Shown: in pieces, positions 60,871 to 64,000 of the stretch | Layout of the letters: each line of letters begins with the position of its first letter | Numbering within the stretch: position 1 is the stretch's first letter | Source of the DNA: Mycobacteriales bacterium | GTDB taxonomy: Bacteria > Actinomycetota > Actinomycetes > Mycobacteriales > QHCD01 | NCBI GenBank assembly: GCA_040414495.1 | Contig: JBEDUI010000239.1 | Location: forward strand, 11,501 to 75,500 | DNA length: 64,000 nucleotides | Direction: 5' to 3' | Made by a program: the position numbers and the translations under genes | The notes under the pieces: model-generated | The model's input: only the letters and a program-made list of their open reading frames with translations | The model's database searches: none | Told to the model about the DNA's origin: nothing

Positions 60871-61680
60871 ATCCCGGCGCGACGACTCGCGTCGCGGCGA
60901 ATCGACCACCGGCGAATCCTCACGCGACCGCAACGCGCGCGCGGATTCCGACCGGCGCGACGCCGGGCGTATATCCGCCGAATTCGCGACAACGCTGGAA
61001 TTCGCCGCTGCGACAGGGGTTTTCGTACCGGGCTCGGGAACGGCAGCGTCGGATTTCGCCGCCGCCGGCGATTCCGGACCCGTTTTGTCCACTGTGGATT
61101 CCGCACGTCTCGCGGCCGCAGCGGATTCCGTACGCCCCGCGAGGGATTCCGTACGCCCCGGAGCGCTCGGCGATTTCGCAGCGCCAGCGGGCTCCGCACC
61201 CGCGGAATCGGCCGCCGACTTCGTGGAAGCCGTGCCGGCAGCGGATTCGGTCGATAGCCGGTTCTGCTCGGAAGCGCCGGCGGGAGCGCCCGCAACCGGC
61301 GCTCCCGACCCCGGCTCGGCCTTGGGTCCACCGGCAGCCTCAGTGGCGGCTTTCGGATTCGAGGCGGGCTGCGATGCCTCGATGGACGGCAGTGGCACGG
61401 TTGAATTCATCCCCTCGGATGCTGGCTCGTCGGGTGTGGACTCGTTCGCCTGCTGCTTGGCCGGTGGTTCGGCCGCGGTACGAGACGGGTCAGGCGGACT
61501 CACCCGACCCGTCTCGTGCGGCTGCGATCCCCGCGACTTGCGCTGCGGCGGGGCCGGTGGCTGGGGCGGCGGTGCGATCAGCGACGTCTCGATATGCACC
61601 GACTCCTGGCCGTTGGCGTGCGCGACCGGACCCCGATCCGGCAGCGGCATGCTGCCCGTCTGCGCACTCTTGTCGGACAT
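60871..61680 (-). CDS. Open in-frame Ala/Pro/Ser/Glu-rich extension upstream of hemB (N-terminal disordered extension, or an untranslated spacer that happens to stay open)
   Basis: No stop codon between the ATG at 61680 (4 nt after the hemD TAG) and the hemB core. Third-position G+C is high in this frame. Composition is typical of disordered segments, with the Glu-Ser dipeptide (gaatcc) recurring about 10 times. Confidence 0.4.
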
Positions 61681-61684
61681 GGCG

Positions 61685-63280
61685 CTACCGCGCCGCCTTG
61701 CTACGCGAGCTGCGACGCCGTGGCGGCGGGCTCGCCTCGCCCGCCTCACGCAACGCCAGTGCGTGCGCGGCCAATGCGTCGACCAGCGCCGGTACCTGCG
61801 CCACCTCCGGCTGCACGTCCACCCGCAACCCGAACTCGCGCGCGGTCTCGGCCGTCTTAGGTCCGATGCAGGCGACGACCGTACGAGCGTGCGGCTTGCC
61901 GGCGATGCCGACCAGGTTGCGCACCGTCGAGGAGGAGGTGAAGCAGACGGCGTCGAACCCGCCGCCCTTGATCGCCTCGCGGGTCTCGGCCGGCGGCGGC
62001 GCGGCCCGCACCGTCCGGTAGGCGGTCACGTCGTCGATCTCCCAGCCACGGTCACGCAGTCCGGCCGCCAACGTCTCGGTGGCGATGTCGGCCCGCGGCA
62101 GCAGCACCCGGTTGATCGGGTCGAGCACCTCGTCGTACGGCGAGAAGTCAGCCAGCAGACCCTCACTGGACTGCTCACCGGAAGGCACCAGCTCGGGCGC
62201 GATGCCGTACGCCCGGACCGCGTCGGCGGTGGTCTCGCCGATGCAGGCGATCTTCACCCCGGCGAACGCCCGTGCGTCCAGACCGAACTCGTCGAACTTC
62301 TCCCGTACCGCCCGGACCGCGTTGACCGAGGTGAACACGATCCACTCGTACCGGCCGGTCACCAGGCCCTTGATCGCGCGTTCCATCTGGGCCGGCGTAC
62401 GCGGCGGCTCGACCGCGATCGTCGGCACCTCGGACGGGATCGCGCCGTGCAGCCGCAGTCGGTCGCTCATCGCGCCGGCCTGGTCCTTGGTGCGCGGCAC
62501 CAGAACCTTCCAGCCGTACAGGGCGCGGCTCTCCCACCACGACAGCTTGCCGTGGCCCTTGGCCGCCTGGCCGATCACCGCGACAGCCGGACCGGTGCTG
62601 GTCGCCGTCAACTCGGCCGCGTCGCGCTCCAGGGCGTCGAGCGTGGTCTCGATCGTGCGCTCGGCCAGCGTGGTTCCGCCGGTCGTGACGGTCGCGGGCG
62701 TGTCGCCCCGCCGACCGTGCTCGACCAGGACGGCGGCCAGCTTGCCGAAGTCGCCCTGCACACCGGTCAACACCAACGAACCCGGGCTGGCGGCCAGCGC
62801 CGGCCAGTCGAGGCTGTCGATCTCCTCGGCCTGCAGGTCGACCACGGTCCGGGCGCCGGCCAGTGGCACACCGGCGTAACCGGGGACGCCGGAGTCGGCC
62901 GGGACGCCGGGAGCGAGGTCGAACGGCACATTCGTCCGGGCCACGGCCTTGCATTCCTTGATCGCAGTCGCGTTGGTCAACGGGTCGCCGGTCACCAGGC
63001 GGATCACCTGGTGGCCGTTCCGCGCCTCGGTTACCAGGCTTTTCGCGATGTCGGTCTCGGCGACATCGGCGGCGTCGGCCGTGTTCGGGGCCGGCGCCGG
63101 GCCGACCGTACGAACCTCGGCCGTTGTCTTGGCCAGGATCGGAGCCGGGACGGCAGGGTCGGCGAATACCAGGTCGGCACGGCGCAGCGCCTCATCGGCG
63201 TGCATTGTCAGCAGGCCCGGGTCGCCGGGGCCAGCACCGACGAAGGTGATCCGGCCAACGGGCTTTCTTGGGCGGGTCAT
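61685..63280 (-). CDS. hemD: Bifunctional uroporphyrinogen-III C-methyltransferase / uroporphyrinogen-III synthase
   Basis: N-terminal SUMT motif ITFVGAGPGDPGLLT and a C-terminal HemD-like half (KVLVPRTKDQAGAMSDRL...). The ATG at 63280 overlaps the hemC stop (ATGA). Confidence 0.9.
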   Translation of the reverse strand: MTRPRKPVGRITFVGAGPGDPGLLTMHADEALRRADLVFADPAVPAPILAKTTAEVRTVGPAPAPNTADAADVAETDIAKSLVTEARNGHQVIRLVTGDPLTNATAIKECKAVARTNVPFDLAPGVPADSGVPGYAGVPLAGARTVVDLQAEEIDSLDWPALAASPGSLVLTGVQGDFGKLAAVLVEHGRRGDTPATVTTGGTTLAERTIETTLDALERDAAELTATSTGPAVAVIGQAAKGHGKLSWWESRALYGWKVLVPRTKDQAGAMSDRLRLHGAIPSEVPTIAVEPPRTPAQMERAIKGLVTGRYEWIVFTSVNAVRAVREKFDEFGLDARAFAGVKIACIGETTADAVRAYGIAPELVPSGEQSSEGLLADFSPYDEVLDPINRVLLPRADIATETLAAGLRDRGWEIDDVTAYRTVRAAPPPAETREAIKGGGFDAVCFTSSSTVRNLVGIAGKPHARTVVACIGPKTAETAREFGLRVDVQPEVAQVPALVDALAAHALALREAGEASPPPRRRSSRSKAAR

Positions 63281-64000
63281 CGTGAACTCCCCAACAGATC
63301 GGAGACGCCGGCGGACAGCAGGTCGGACGCGAGTCCGTGCCCCAGCCGTTCGGCGTCGGTGATGGAACCTGTGACCTCGCGCCGGACAACGGCTGAGCCG
63401 TCCGGCGAGGCCACCACACCACGGAGAACCAAGGTGTCGTCTTGGGTGAGGTCGCCCAGCGCGCCCAGTGGCGCGGAGCAACCTGCTTCGAGCGTGGCCA
63501 TCAAGGCCCGTTCGGCGGTGACCGCCGCCCGGGTGGCCGGGTCGTCGAGCCGCGCCAGCAGAGCTACCAGCTCGGCGTCCTCGACGCGGCATTCGACCGC
63601 CAACGCGCCCTGGGCCGGCGCCGGCAGCATCACGTCGTACGGAATCGGCGCGGTCAGGCCGTCTCCGATACCGAGTCGAGCCAGCCCGGCCATGGCCAGT
63701 ACGACCGCGTCCAGCCGGCCTTCGGTGACGTTGCGCATTCTGGTGTCGATGTTGCCGCGAATCGGCTGCAGTTTCAGGTCCGGCCGCGCGGCCAGCAGTT
63801 GGGCCGCCCGACGCGGCGCGCCAGTACCGACGCTCGCTCCGCTCGGCAACGTGGCCAGCCCACCGCCGTCGGCGCTGACCAGCGCGTCGCGCGGGTCGGC
63901 GCGGCCGGGAATCGCGGCGATGACCAGTCCGTCCGCCGCTGCGGTCGGCAGGTCTTTGTACGAGTGCACGGCCAGGTCGATGTCGCCGGCCAGCAGAGCA
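63277..64000 (-). CDS. hemC: Hydroxymethylbilane synthase (porphobilinogen deaminase), 5' end beyond window
   Basis: DIDLAVHSYKDLP, RGNIDTRMR and the dipyrromethane Cys region LEAGCSAPLGA. The frame is open to nt 64000. Confidence 0.92.
   Translation of the reverse strand, partial: ALLAGDIDLAVHSYKDLPTAAADGLVIAAIPGRADPRDALVSADGGGLATLPSGASVGTGAPRRAAQLLAARPDLKLQPIRGNIDTRMRNVTEGRLDAVVLAMAGLARLGIGDGLTAPIPYDVMLPAPAQGALAVECRVEDAELVALLARLDDPATRAAVTAERALMATLEAGCSAPLGALGDLTQDDTLVLRGVVASPDGSAVVRREVTGSITDAERLGHGLASDLLSAGVSDLLGSSR

Overview
High-G+C actinobacterial chromosomal segment, mostly conserved respiratory and cofactor housekeeping genes. In order: a 5'-truncated membrane-anchored Hsp70-like gene; korAB; rarD; a THUMP methyltransferase; a secreted lipase; three dehydrogenase/reductase genes; patatin; a VOC protein; a polyprenyl synthase; the complete nuoA-N operon (minus strand, 14996-30815); menaquinone genes (menJ-like, menG, menF, menC, menE); bldC; a Pro-rich ParA/MinD-like ATPase; cytochrome c maturation genes (ccsA, resB, ccdA, a TlpA-like oxidoreductase); hemL; two paralogous membrane proteins; and hemB, cobA-hemD and hemC. 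No rRNA, tRNA, CRISPR array, transposase or integrase was seen. Five signals are not explained by ordinary annotation. (1) The palindrome TCCACWGTGGA (core of GTCCAC-N-GTGGAC) occurs 9 times exactly and at least 8 times with one mismatch. Most genic copies are read as Ser-Thr-Val-Asp, and some embed the actinobacterial DnaA-box 9-mer TTGTCCACA. (2) An accessory-looking island (39.3-45.4 kb) encodes an ECF sigma factor, a translationally coupled 153-aa protein, a LuxR/NarL-type regulator with a coupled 52-aa acidic micro-ORF, and an 887-aa TPR-CHAT caspase-like protease. (3) Three families of REP/MITE-like palindromic elements sit in degenerate tandem-repeat tracts at 5.6, 11.6-12.1, 36.7, 40.7-41.3, 48.7 and 56.4-57.2 kb. 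(4) An open, coding-like frame of about 270 codons is fused in frame upstream of hemB. (5) Several proteins carry unusually long Pro/Gly/Ser/Ala low-complexity tails. All calls rest on reading the supplied translations and DNA by eye; no database search was run.
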